Origin: Promethearchaeota archaeon | Lineage (GTDB): Archaea > Asgardarchaeota > Lokiarchaeia > Sigyniarchaeales > SOKP01 | Direction of reading: 5' to 3' | Assembly: GCA_016930515.1 (NCBI GenBank) | Contig: JAFGGO010000085.1 | Span: 244-64,243, forward strand | DNA length: 64,000 nt | Shown here: in pieces, positions 12,870-23,365 of the stretch | Layout of the letters: each line of letters opens with the position of its first letter | Numbering within the stretch: position 1 is the stretch's first letter | The notes under the pieces: model-generated | Told to the model about the DNA's origin: nothing | Databases searched by the model: none | Seen by the model: only the letters and a program-made list of their open reading frames with translations | Made by a program: the position numbers and the translations under genes

Positions 12870-13133
12870 CTTTAATTGCCCTTCTCTTGTCCTATTATTA
12901 AGATGTAGTTCACTATTTATAAAGGCATGGGGGTAAAAAGTGAAGTACTGAGCAGATTTTCATCACATGAAACGCAATGCTTTCGTGGATGGATGAATTA
13001 TCCTAAGCATTTTTATTAAAATAATTCATTTTGTTGAATATCTCTTTTTTAGATGTTGGATCGTTCTGAAAATGTCCATTAATTCAAATTAAAATTTATC
13101 AAAATGAACCTCTCAAAAAATAGGTAAAATAAC

Positions 13134-15218
13134 TTAAATGCTCGTCGTGCTTATTGTTGCAAATAGCGCTGGGTGATCAGATTCATGTCCTCCCGTGTAA
13201 TGGATGCTGGTTAAGGAAGAGTTTAGATGAGACGAGACGAAGATATGGTCAATTCTTTCGGTTGGTATTTCTCGTTCTCCTGGAAGGTTGGAATCGACAA
13301 TTGCGTTAGCTGGATGAGTAGCAAGCACGATTTCCCAGGCGTCGTAGAGCTGAGCGACGGTAATATTATATTGCTCCGTTCTCGGTTCAAAATTAAAATC
13401 TCCCATTAATAACACATTTTCCTTCCCCTCAGTAATGGTTAGGATGTTCTGTTGTTGGACGAGTTGGGTCGTGTCACCTTCAGAAGAGTTTTCGTAATTC
13501 CCTAAATGAGTCACGAAAACGTTAAAGGTAGTCGTTCCAACGGTAATTTGCGCCCAAATGGTTGCTGTTTGTTCGCCAACGCATTTCATGTAAAAGGTGC
13601 GAGCGTGGTGGATGGGATACTTCGATAATAAGGCAATGCCAAAGGTATTAGTAACCGTTTTAGGCCCGTAATACGAGTAATATCCAATGGTGTTACTAAT
13701 GTATCTCACGAAATCAGTATTACCGTTCGCAATCCGAGCGGTATCGGACTCTTGCAATCCAATGATGTCGGGATTTAAATTTTGAATTACGGCACATTGA
13801 CCTTCAAAATTTACACTTCCACCATCGGATGCTCCCTGCTGAATATTGTATGTCAAAATAGAGAGTGTACCATCTTTTCCAGGCGGTTGTACGAATGGAA
13901 TCTCGAGAATGATTCCTCCTACGATCGTGCCAAGCATAATTATTAGGATAATACTAAACTTCTTTATCCTTAATGCAAGGTCTTCGAGCGAAGAACTTGG
14001 AAAGGTAAAAAATGGTTTTTTTACAACCAGAAAGGGTAATATCAATACTATTCCGCTGATTAAAAACACGAACCAAATCATGTCCTTGAATAACGGTCCA
14101 ATAACGGGGATATAATCCCAAACAGGAACAAAGACCGCAGAAAGGATTATGACTAGGATGAATAAGGCCGATAAAGAAAACGACCTTCCCATGTTTCGAA
14201 TTGAAGGCTTTTTTTTAAACAATTCTTGAACGAGAAGCGTGAAATCCACGAGGATGATTGGCGACAACAAGAGCATCGCGTATAAGACGCCTAAATTGAA
14301 GACCGTAGTCTCAGGCGGGAAATAAGGATATGTGGATACGAGGGCGAACGGAATTTGATTGAGCCCTATGGTAAGAACGAGCGTTAACACAAACGCACCG
14401 TTCCACAATAAAACCACGATCGGAGGGAGTTTATTGAAGAAATGAGGCTTCAAGTAGGCAACCGCGATAAAAATCGTAAATACCAAGGCGAGTACGGTCG
14501 TGATCGCGACGATATTTCCTTCCGACCACCTTGCAATTACCGTGGGACTACTGAAGGCAAAATAACACAGGATTAAAACGCTCGTTAAACCCAAGCAAAG
14601 AACCGAAAGTCTCGATTTCGTTTTTTTCTCTCCTTCATTAATCTTATTTTTGGGATTAGCGCTTATTTTATTTTCTTTTTCAAGACGGAGCAGATCCAAC
14701 GCCATTATCGAGGAATAAGCTGCGAGAATCCAGCCAATCCATTGGAACCAAAACGATAAAGTTAGATCGATCGAGGAACCAAGCGTTCGAAACAGTATTG
14801 ACAATATTAAACCAGCAGCCAAGGCAATTCCCAGCGTTAATGCGTTTTTTTCGCGTTTGCTTGAAGCTGTTTTTTGCAAGTATGCGGGTAGAAAAATCAA
14901 GAAACATCCCGTACCTAATCCCGTTAAAATCACTTTTATTTGCGTATCAAAAAATGGATATAAAATCCTACTAACAACCATTATTTCTACGAGAAGTACT
15001 GAGATTTTATCTGGAAAATCGTCCTTAAATGCAATGAGAACGATGGGGGCTAGCAGGAACAAGATTGCCGCAATACTTTCGTTTATATCCGTTTCAATGA
15101 GATTTAGTAAGTAAATTGATTCCACGAAATCCGTTAAATGCTGGAAAAAGAACAGAAACAGAATCCCTAATAAGACAATTTCAGAATAATACTTTTTGAT
15201 AAATTTGTCAAGAGCCAT
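13134..15218 (-). CDS. Multi-TM protein with a C-terminal EEP (endo/exonuclease/phosphatase) domain, Cwh43/PGAP2IP-like
   Basis: TYNI, DIIGLQESD, GIALLSKYPI, THL, MGDFN, IDHIF, SDH motifs after about 12 TM helices. Confidence 0.85.
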   Translation of the reverse strand: MALDKFIKKYYSEIVLLGILFLFFFQHLTDFVESIYLLNLIETDINESIAAILFLLAPIVLIAFKDDFPDKISVLLVEIMVVSRILYPFFDTQIKVILTGLGTGCFLIFLPAYLQKTASSKREKNALTLGIALAAGLILSILFRTLGSSIDLTLSFWFQWIGWILAAYSSIMALDLLRLEKENKISANPKNKINEGEKKTKSRLSVLCLGLTSVLILCYFAFSSPTVIARWSEGNIVAITTVLALVFTIFIAVAYLKPHFFNKLPPIVVLLWNGAFVLTLVLTIGLNQIPFALVSTYPYFPPETTVFNLGVLYAMLLLSPIILVDFTLLVQELFKKKPSIRNMGRSFSLSALFILVIILSAVFVPVWDYIPVIGPLFKDMIWFVFLISGIVLILPFLVVKKPFFTFPSSSLEDLALRIKKFSIILIIMLGTIVGGIILEIPFVQPPGKDGTLSILTYNIQQGASDGGSVNFEGQCAVIQNLNPDIIGLQESDTARIANGNTDFVRYISNTIGYYSYYGPKTVTNTFGIALLSKYPIHHARTFYMKCVGEQTATIWAQITVGTTTFNVFVTHLGNYENSSEGDTTQLVQQQNILTITEGKENVLLMGDFNFEPRTEQYNITVAQLYDAWEIVLATHPANAIVDSNLPGEREIPTERIDHIFVSSHLNSSLTSIHYTGGHESDHPALFATISTTSI

Positions 15219-15341
15219 GTTTATAATATATACCTAAGGCTATATATAAATCTTGGTTCTCGATCAATACAATGGTAAATCATATATCGAAAAAGGTCAT
15301 CATTGGAATGTTAACGCTTTTTATTCCCATGAGGATTTATT

Positions 15342-16088
15342 TCACCTTTTTTTTAATTCTAATATTGGAATATTATTCTTGTCTGATGCTTGAATTGGTT
15401 CGAGACGCGCCTTATCGAGGTCAAGCAAGGAATATTGGTTTGTATCCAAACAAATAGCGAAACCACCGAGAAACGAGCACCATTTACCCTCGCTTCGAAA
15501 GTCAAAAAATCCTTCTCTTAATGCGATGACGAATATGTCGTGAGAGACATGAATATTGATGGTACCTTTTTCCCCGTTATTGAGGGTCTCAATGGTTTTA
15601 TCGTAGACTTTTCTCGAATAATCTGCAAGGGAAACGATTTCTTCAGAAGAATAACACCCATCGCGCCAGCGTTTTATGAATTCAAAACCAGGATGTTTAA
15701 TCGCTTCAGACGCGATCAAATTCCCTGCTAATAACACCTCATTTAGAGGGCTATATGTTCCAATGACTGCGCTTTTACCGCCGATCTCTCTGAATCCCTC
15801 GTTTATCAGTTCAGCCGTTTCCACGCATCTCGGAGAAGGACTGTGATATGTGCGTATCCTTTTTTCCTTGGGAAGCAAGCTCCCGAATATCTTAGCAATC
15901 TCTCGACCCATTTCCGTGAGTCTTAAGGTTCTCAACTCCTTTGCGTCATTGGTTTCTTTTCTATGAGAGTGCCTTAAAAACAAGACGATCTTGGCGTTTT
16001 GAGGGGTCATTCTAAGTCCTTCGATAAGCTCTCTCGCTTGAAAGCTCCACTTTGATTCCTTCCAGATGGATTGATACTCCTTTTTCAT
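15342..16088 (-). CDS. Histidine phosphatase superfamily protein
   Basis: LFLRHS, LTEMG, SPSPRCVETA, VSHD motifs; SD GGAG before ATG 16088. Confidence 0.85.
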   Translation of the reverse strand: MKKEYQSIWKESKWSFQARELIEGLRMTPQNAKIVLFLRHSHRKETNDAKELRTLRLTEMGREIAKIFGSLLPKEKRIRTYHSPSPRCVETAELINEGFREIGGKSAVIGTYSPLNEVLLAGNLIASEAIKHPGFEFIKRWRDGCYSSEEIVSLADYSRKVYDKTIETLNNGEKGTINIHVSHDIFVIALREGFFDFRSEGKWCSFLGGFAICLDTNQYSLLDLDKARLEPIQASDKNNIPILELKKR

Positions 16089-16333
16089 AAAGCACTCCAT
16101 TTTATTAAATTTCTTGAAATTCAAATAGTTATTGTTTCATGGAATAAAATGTAGTCTAAGAGTGTAATATTGAAGCATTTTTAATTATAGTGAAATATTA
16201 ATCTCATTAATTATGAATATAATCAATCTTCAAAAGTCAATTTTATTATCGATATTTTTTTTTCCCTTTTATCGAGTGCATCAATCATTTAACGATTAAG
16301 AGACTTCAGAAAAGAAAACATCAGATAGACAAA

Positions 16334-16510
16334 TTAAAGGGTAATTTGTTCGCCACAATTACCGCAAAATTTTTTTCCATCTGAGATGAGTGTTTTTCCG
16401 CATTTAGGGCACGATATAATCGTGGAAAGAAATGCAATAAGGAGATCTAAGACTTGTTTAGCACTTTTTTTCCCAAATGTTGAGAGTTTATCAGCATCAA
16501 ATTGAATCGT
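16334..16510 (-). pseudogene. Zinc-ribbon-containing ORF fragment
   Basis: ...STIISCPKCGKTLISDGKKFCGNCGEQITL*; frame opens after a TAA, no canonical start. Confidence 0.55.
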
Positions 16511-16537
16511 TTAAAAATTTCTCGTCGCAACTTTAGA

Positions 16538-17464
16538 TTAATTACCAATAGATACCACTAAGCCAATACCTTCAATAATTTTCTTTAATTTAAGAATGTG
16601 TTCTTCATCAGGCGCTCTTTCGTCAGGACAACAATAAGATCTACCCAATTGTTCGCATTTCGTTTTTCCTCCTTCGTGATAAGGTAGCAGGGAAACTTTT
16701 TTCACACCTATATTCTTACCCAATATTGCAATCTCCTTTATATGAGATTCAGAATCGTTGAATCCAGAGATTAATGGGATCCTCAACCAGACCTGATTGC
16801 TTTTTGCTGTTTTCCGTAGGTTCTCCAATATAAGGTCGTTGTTAACGCCAGTTGTTTTTTGGTGTTTTACAGGGTCTAAGTGTTTGATGTCAAAGAGAAC
16901 TAGATCGACATGTATCAATACCTCTTGTAATTTTCTCCACGGTGCGTATCCCGTTGTTTCCAATGCCGTGTGAAGTCCTACTTTTTTGCATTCGGTTAAA
17001 ATTTCCTTTGCGAATATGTTCTGGGACAGTGGTTCTCCTCCTGATATCGTAACGCCGCCGCCCGAATTCTCGTAAAAGGGTAAGTCTTGTACGAATTCTT
17101 CCAAGACATCCCGAACTGTTGCTTGCCACCCGCATTTATTTAACGAGTGATAAAGGCAACTATCGACGCATATCAAGCACGAGTTGCATTTATTCCAATC
17201 GATTGTTCTCTTGTCCTGTCCTGATATAGAGATCGCTCCTTGTGGACAAACCTTTACGCAAGCACCGCAACTCTTACAGTTGATGTCCCGAACCATAAGA
17301 TTGATGGAAAAATCCTGTGATTCGGGATTTGAACACCATGGACACCGTAAAGGGCACCCTTTTAAAAATACGGTTGTTCTAATTCCTGGACCATCGTGCA
17401 CGCAGAACTTTTGAATGTTAAAAATTAACCCTTTTGGTTCTATCTCCGTCTTTGAATCCTGCAT
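16538..17464 (-). CDS. Glycyl-radical enzyme activating protein (radical SAM with ferredoxin insert)
   Basis: HDGPGIRTTVFLKGCPLRCPWCSNPE, two CxxCxxCxxxC clusters, GGVTISGGEPL. Confidence 0.95.
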   Translation of the reverse strand: MQDSKTEIEPKGLIFNIQKFCVHDGPGIRTTVFLKGCPLRCPWCSNPESQDFSINLMVRDINCKSCGACVKVCPQGAISISGQDKRTIDWNKCNSCLICVDSCLYHSLNKCGWQATVRDVLEEFVQDLPFYENSGGGVTISGGEPLSQNIFAKEILTECKKVGLHTALETTGYAPWRKLQEVLIHVDLVLFDIKHLDPVKHQKTTGVNNDLILENLRKTAKSNQVWLRIPLISGFNDSESHIKEIAILGKNIGVKKVSLLPYHEGGKTKCEQLGRSYCCPDERAPDEEHILKLKKIIEGIGLVVSIGN

Positions 17465-17535
17465 TGATAGATTTAGTCTCCTGTTTTCGTGCAATTCGAC
17501 TGTTATTCAAAAATGCTAAGCTTTTTAATCGTGTA

Positions 17536-19944
17536 TTACCTTAGACTTTGTTCTGTCCGGGCTATGATGTGATCCTGTAAACCTGACGATAAGTCTACGA
17601 AATAAGCGCTAAATCCTGCAACTCGCACGATGAGGTCGCTGTACTGTTCTGGTTGGGCCTTTGCTTGTAATAGGGTTTCTTTATCGACGATATTAAACTG
17701 GATGTGTGGGATGTTTAGCGCTTTCCATGTTTTTAGGTAGCTGAGAAACATTGGCTTCAAATCATCTTCCAAGAACTTGGGGAGGAACTTTTGATTGAGC
17801 AAGTGATTATATGTGTCCACGGTGCTAATCTTGGAAACTGACTTTAATACTGCTGTGGGGCCTTTCTTGTCTCTTCCTGGTGCTGGTGCTAAAGTAGAAT
17901 CTGCAAACGGCTCGCCATCGTATCGACCATCGGGGGTAGCTGGAGTGTCGTTGGCCAATCCGTATGTGGCAGATACAGCGCTCCCGTCGCCTCTATGCGA
18001 ATGTCCGAATGGATCTTTAACTAATTCCATGGCTGCTTCGCCTCGAGCTTGCACTTCTCGAGCGATTAAATCGGCGTAATCGTCGTCGTTACCGAATTTT
18101 GGAGCATCAAGACAAGCTTGTCGCACCTCTTCACGGCCTTCCCAATTGTTGTCTATGATCTTTATTAACTCAGGAAGGGTGACTTTCTTATCTTCAAAAA
18201 CAACTTTTCTAATAGCAGTGATGGCGTCTGCCACGTTCGTGCCTCCAATAACCTGTGAGAAATGGTGGATCATCGAGTCGTAAACCCACTTACGACATTC
18301 CTTCCCTTGCTCGATGCAACCGTCTAAAATTGCCGAATAAAAGGGCCGGGGGGCGTATTTTGCTAAGAGCTCGTTGTTGATTCGCTCGAGGTGTTCTATC
18401 TTGCCCATAAAGAAGTTCACCTGCTCGGCGTAGGCATCAAGCACGTCTTCCCACCTTTCGAAAGTTGCGGGATCTCGAGTTTTGGCTCCGTGTTGCTCGC
18501 CTGTTTCTGGATTAATTCCTTGATGAAGCGCCCACCACAAGCATTTCGGCAATACAAAATACCCTACCGATCGGCGAACGATATTCTTTCCGGGAATCTC
18601 GATGTAAACGCACCCAGATACTGCGTATTGCTTGGCATCGTGCGTTGGAACGCCCCATCGTTCGTAAAGGGGAATCAACGCCTCGTCGTTAAATAAAGAG
18701 GGATAACCAATACCAGTTTTAATGACCTCGATCGCCTTGGAATATACATCGTCGGGAGTTCCTTCGTGGATCCTCAATGCAATGCTCGGTTCTATAATTT
18801 TTAACGATTTAGCCGCTTCCATGGTCAAATAAGTCAGGTCGTTCGTCACATCGTTGCCATTTTCATCCGTTCCACCAATGGTAACTGCCTGCAAAGACGC
18901 CACGCCTCCATATACGGAACTTACAGTTGGAGAATACACCAAACCGAGTTCATTGAGTTTGATCCAAAGCAATTGCAGAATTCCTAGTGTCTCTTCCTTA
19001 GTGATGCGCCCTTCTTTCAAATCCATTTCGTAATAAGGTCCAAAAATTTTATCGATTCGGATACCGATCCCCAATGTGGAATATTCAAGATAACGCACGA
19101 GGTGAATGAAATAAAAAAATTGGACAGCTTCGATAAACGTCCTTGGTGGGTTGGCAGGAACCCTTTGGCAAGTCTCGGCAATCTCTTCGAGAACCCTTTT
19201 GCGTGGGCCATTTTCCTGCTGTTCAGAAGTCTTTTTAGCTAAAACAGCGTAGCGATTTGCAAAATAGATTACTGCTTCCAATGATATGATCGCTGCTTGG
19301 AGAAAATCTTTCTGTTCCATGTAATCCCCAGGGATTTCTTGGTCCAATTCGGATATCTTGTCTTTAATTTTTGAAATTAAACCATTTAATCCCAACTTGA
19401 ATAATTTTTCGTAATTTGGAATGCCCAACTCGGAAAGTTGACTCCAGAGAAAGGTTCCCTCGTAGATCCAATATTTTTTCAAATCCTCAGGTATTATTGC
19501 TTTATGGCGGTCGCTTATTGCTTTATCTTTCCAATACGCGCAAAGCTCGTCTAATTCTTTTCTTCCCTCTTCGTCAAGTAATGACTGTCCAGCTTCGCTG
19601 TTTACCAAGCGTTGTGGTGATTTCCAATTCTGTTCGATTGGATGAAAAATCCCGTTTGGGTCCGCTGTCTGATATCCAACGATTCTTTCGTATTCTCGGA
19701 TGAAGATGTCCATGTTGTTTAGGATATTGGCCAAGGCCTTAGCTCGTCGTAGAACCATTGACTCTCCTTCTGTTTCCTTGTAAGATTCTGTCATCAACCT
19801 TGATCTCTGTAAATCCAGACGAATCTCAGGTCGAAACATTCCGCGCTTAGAATCATCGTCAACATTACCTCGCTTAATGTTGCGAATGGCGCGGCTAACG
19901 ACCTTTTTCCGAAGCTCTTTGGGCGCTAGATTTTGCACTTGCAT
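17536..19944 (-). CDS. Glycyl radical enzyme (PFL-like family, substrate unknown)
   Basis: Cys loop AVSGCVY, Gly loop IVRVAGFSAYF, APKFGNDDDYAD, TPDGR. Confidence 0.93.
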   Translation of the reverse strand: MQVQNLAPKELRKKVVSRAIRNIKRGNVDDDSKRGMFRPEIRLDLQRSRLMTESYKETEGESMVLRRAKALANILNNMDIFIREYERIVGYQTADPNGIFHPIEQNWKSPQRLVNSEAGQSLLDEEGRKELDELCAYWKDKAISDRHKAIIPEDLKKYWIYEGTFLWSQLSELGIPNYEKLFKLGLNGLISKIKDKISELDQEIPGDYMEQKDFLQAAIISLEAVIYFANRYAVLAKKTSEQQENGPRKRVLEEIAETCQRVPANPPRTFIEAVQFFYFIHLVRYLEYSTLGIGIRIDKIFGPYYEMDLKEGRITKEETLGILQLLWIKLNELGLVYSPTVSSVYGGVASLQAVTIGGTDENGNDVTNDLTYLTMEAAKSLKIIEPSIALRIHEGTPDDVYSKAIEVIKTGIGYPSLFNDEALIPLYERWGVPTHDAKQYAVSGCVYIEIPGKNIVRRSVGYFVLPKCLWWALHQGINPETGEQHGAKTRDPATFERWEDVLDAYAEQVNFFMGKIEHLERINNELLAKYAPRPFYSAILDGCIEQGKECRKWVYDSMIHHFSQVIGGTNVADAITAIRKVVFEDKKVTLPELIKIIDNNWEGREEVRQACLDAPKFGNDDDYADLIAREVQARGEAAMELVKDPFGHSHRGDGSAVSATYGLANDTPATPDGRYDGEPFADSTLAPAPGRDKKGPTAVLKSVSKISTVDTYNHLLNQKFLPKFLEDDLKPMFLSYLKTWKALNIPHIQFNIVDKETLLQAKAQPEQYSDLIVRVAGFSAYFVDLSSGLQDHIIARTEQSLR

Positions 19945-20124
19945 AATATTAACCTCTGGATAGTATAAATCCCAATTGTTTTAAAATTTTTTTAACAGTG
20001 TTAACTTTGCATAATATGGTTCTAAGGAATGATTTATTATCCTGAATTATGAGAACATTTAAAAATTTATTTGAATATTAAAGCGCTATTTATCATTTTG
20101 GCTAAAATAATTAACTTAAATGAT

Positions 20125-20919
20125 TTAATCAGGTGGTACAGTATGATAAAGTATGACATTTCGCTGCCAATCCCGAATGACCAGTGCCCAGATTTCGGGC
20201 TCATTCACTTCATTCCCCTTTTTCAGTCGCCCTCGTTTTCTCCCTAGAGCCTCCGTGAATTCGTCGATGTTCGTAAAAGATACATCATATGCTTCTTTCA
20301 GTTTTTCAGGGGTTGCTCGGTTATAAATCTCCTCAAAGACTGCTTGTGAGTTCTTGATCTTGCTGACCTTGATGGCTCCCTTGAGCGCTAAGCTTATTTC
20401 GTCTTCTGTCTCGTCGTAGGGCACGACACCTGGTGTGTCAAGAAGGTAGGTGTTGCTCCATCCAGGAAGTTTTAAAAGTTGGAGTCCTCGCGTGGAACCC
20501 GCTTCGGATGATTTTTGGGCGGTTTTTTTCTGCTTGAGAAGCGCTGTAATGATGCTACTCTTGCCTGTATTTGGATATCCTACTACAAGGATTTTATTAA
20601 CTGATTCTGGATCTCTATAACGTAAGATCTGGGATTTGAGAAAATTAATGCCGTCTTTCTTGAGCGCGGAGGCGTAAAAACAGAGGAAACCACGCTTTTG
20701 GAAATAATGAAGCCAAGATTGAAGAATATCCGGAGTTATCAAGTCCGCTTTGTTGAGAACGAGGATAAATCTCTTGCTCGGGCATTTCTGACGAATATAC
20801 TCCTCTATCGCAAGGGGATATGTTCCCTCGGGATCGCGAGCGTCCAAAACCACGAGTACAATTGTTGCATGTGTCTTGATTGCATTAAAGATATCGCTCC
20901 AAGCTTTAGGGGTTTTCAT
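20125..20919 (-). CDS. Circularly permuted YlqF/YawG-family ribosome biogenesis GTPase
   Basis: DARDP, NKAD (G4) before GYPNTGKSS (G1), STRG (G2), DTPG (G3). Confidence 0.92.
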   Translation of the reverse strand: MKTPKAWSDIFNAIKTHATIVLVVLDARDPEGTYPLAIEEYIRQKCPSKRFILVLNKADLITPDILQSWLHYFQKRGFLCFYASALKKDGINFLKSQILRYRDPESVNKILVVGYPNTGKSSIITALLKQKKTAQKSSEAGSTRGLQLLKLPGWSNTYLLDTPGVVPYDETEDEISLALKGAIKVSKIKNSQAVFEEIYNRATPEKLKEAYDVSFTNIDEFTEALGRKRGRLKKGNEVNEPEIWALVIRDWQRNVILYHTVPPD

Positions 20920-21202
20920 GACAAATCGCTCGATTTAAATGAGTTCAATAAACGCGAGTTAATTGTAAGGAAGAACTCGCAAGATGGTTCACCAGAGAAA
21001 TTAAATTTGCCAAGAGCAAAAAAGTTTTCTAAGGAAAATATCAAATACTATGTAGAGATAACAAAAAGTTTAAATAATTATTGGTATTATATACACTACT
21101 AACCATCCAACTCTCAAGTTCCATGGTTAAGTTTTCCCAATTGAGTCGGAAGGTTATTTTATTAATTTTAAATCACATAGGATCAATTATGGTCATTCAA
21201 AA

Positions 21203-22642
21203 ATGAAAACACTGTTAATATATCCTCCCTTTCCCTACGGAAAAGGAATGGGATCGATAATCTGTAGCCCTCCATTGAATTTATTATTATTGGCAGGGGC
21301 TGTTCCCGAACATGAGGTAGATGTCCTTGATTTGAATGTGAATAAATCATATGGATTCAATAAGATGGAAGAAAAATTCGGAAATTACGATTTAATTGGT
21401 GTCACGTGCATGTCTTCCACTTTAAGATTAGTTTTACAGATCTGTAGTATTGCAAAGAAAAAAGGAATTCCCACTCTCGTAGGTGGATTTCATCCTTCAT
21501 TGGATCCACAAGTAATCGAAGATCACGATTGTATTGACATGATCGTCAGGGGAGAAGGCGAAGAAACCTTTAGAGAACTCTTAAATGGAAAACCAAAACC
21601 AGAAATATTAGGACTTTCTTATCGAGAAAACGGAACGGTACATCACAACCCCGATCGACCGTTCCTCAAGAATTTAAACGAATTACCGCTTTCCCGAAAC
21701 GAACTTATCAATCCGCAACCCTATCACTATTTATGGCTTCCGGCGTGGGTTATCGAGACATCAAGAGGGTGTTCTTTCCAATGCGATTTTTGTTGCGTCA
21801 ATCAATTTTACAATTGGACTTACCGAACCAAAACTCCAGAACGGGTTATTCAAGAATTATATCAAGTTCCCTCCGATGTTAAATTAATCTTCTTTGCGGA
21901 CGATAATTTCACCTTAAATAAAAAAAGAGTATTTCGCATCTGCGAACTAATTAAAAAAACCCGCCTCAATAAAAAATTTTTGTTTGTATGTCAAGCAAGG
22001 GTTGCAGATTTGGCAGATCACCCGGATATGGCTCGCGAAATGCACGAAAGCGGGTTTGTTTGCGTTTTTCTGGGTGTTGAAAGCCTGAAGCAAATGGCGT
22101 TAGATCGCATGAATAAAGGGTACTCTCTTGAAAAAATTATTAGCTGCGTTGATAACTGCCATAAAAACGGAATTTTAGTCTTCGGCTCGTTTATTATCGG
22201 GAATATTGGGGAAACGGAAAAAGATACCAGAAAAACTTTTAAAATGATGAAATTGCTTGATTTTGATTTTATCATGACGATGCCAATTACGCCTTTTCCC
22301 GGAACTAACCTAACGAAAGAAGCCATGGAAAAAGGTTGGATGGAAAAGGATTTCACATGGGCAGATAGAAAGATTGGCGAGTCAATACCAATCATGAAGA
22401 CGCCAGATCTAACGAGAAAAAAAATTCAAGAATTACTATCAGAGAGCTATCGATCTTTTTACAACGATATAAAATATTTCATCAAAAAATTCGCCTTTCC
22501 CAGCGGAACGATCAGCAGGAACTCAAAAAGTTTTAAATGGACGAGGAAATACGCCTTCAAATTTATTAAAAACGGACTTACTCGTTTCGTGTTTCGTTTG
22601 GAAACCATCGTGGACGAAGTGTACGAAAAAGCAGAAACATGA
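21203..22642 (+). CDS. B12-binding radical SAM protein
   Basis: PPLNLL, GGFHPS, RGEGE, ETSRGCSFQCDFC, FADDNF, LGVES. Confidence 0.92.
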   Translation: MKTLLIYPPFPYGKGMGSIICSPPLNLLLLAGAVPEHEVDVLDLNVNKSYGFNKMEEKFGNYDLIGVTCMSSTLRLVLQICSIAKKKGIPTLVGGFHPSLDPQVIEDHDCIDMIVRGEGEETFRELLNGKPKPEILGLSYRENGTVHHNPDRPFLKNLNELPLSRNELINPQPYHYLWLPAWVIETSRGCSFQCDFCCVNQFYNWTYRTKTPERVIQELYQVPSDVKLIFFADDNFTLNKKRVFRICELIKKTRLNKKFLFVCQARVADLADHPDMAREMHESGFVCVFLGVESLKQMALDRMNKGYSLEKIISCVDNCHKNGILVFGSFIIGNIGETEKDTRKTFKMMKLLDFDFIMTMPITPFPGTNLTKEAMEKGWMEKDFTWADRKIGESIPIMKTPDLTRKKIQELLSESYRSFYNDIKYFIKKFAFPSGTISRNSKSFKWTRKYAFKFIKNGLTRFVFRLETIVDEVYEKAET

Positions 22643-22809
22643 ATTTTTTTTTTTTAATTCTCTCATTATATTTAATATTTATATTCTCGTTTATTAAGCA
22701 TAAAACATATAGAAGAGAATAATAAAATAGAGTAAAATTTAATAATACAATTCGACAAAAATAGTTTTTGTAATATCACTCACTTTTGATGGAAATTGTT
22801 ATGATACAA

Positions 22810-23280
22810 TTATGATTTTAGAACATCGAAATAAATCATCAAATTAAATAGCATTCCTGCCACTATAGTGAACACATAAGATAATAATTCGATAAAGATA
22901 TTTCTCGAAATTGCGGCCGTAAGGGATCCAAGAGTAATTAAGATGGATTGCAAGAGGAACAAAATCTCATATTTCTAGTTTTTTTCGATCTTCGGTTTGC
23001 CTTCCTTTGACCCAAAATATCAAGCCAGTAATCATAAATGCAGATATCATGATCCGCTAAAATGAATGTATTAGCTATAGGAGCGTACGAAAAAAGCATT
23101 GCGAGTAAGAACCAGCTATAATAAGGGGTGAAACTTATAATTTTTATATCTATAAACAAGTAAAATTCCAATGCATATAAGCAAACTAACACTGATAATT
23201 CCAATTATAACTCTCGTTAAAAGAATAGGATCTGTCTTAATAATTACTATATTGTCTGGTTTTGAAACTTAGGAATCAAC
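22810..23280 (-). pseudogene. Degraded multi-TM membrane protein gene
   Basis: Hydrophobic segments spread over three frames with stops (RVIIGIISVSLLICIGILLVYRYK..., MISAFMITGLIFWVK..., LLSYVFTIVAGMLFNLMIYFDVLKS*). Confidence 0.5.
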
Positions 23281-23365
23281 TTTATTTTATATACATCCAT
23301 TGATAAATGTTAATATTTTGACTCATATTTCTACTAACGATAAATAATGGAAAAATATAATTCAA

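Noticed and set aside
12976-13011. Hairpin AATGCTT..GGAT..ATCC.AAGCATT considered as a SECIS element
   Set aside because: No adjacent gene shows an in-frame TGA at a Cys position, and the SECIS core is unconvincing.
20698-21102. 134-aa plus-strand ORF with a CCMCLDC stretch
   Set aside because: It is largely antisense to the GTPase gene and runs through its promoter; the Cys cluster is likely fortuitous.
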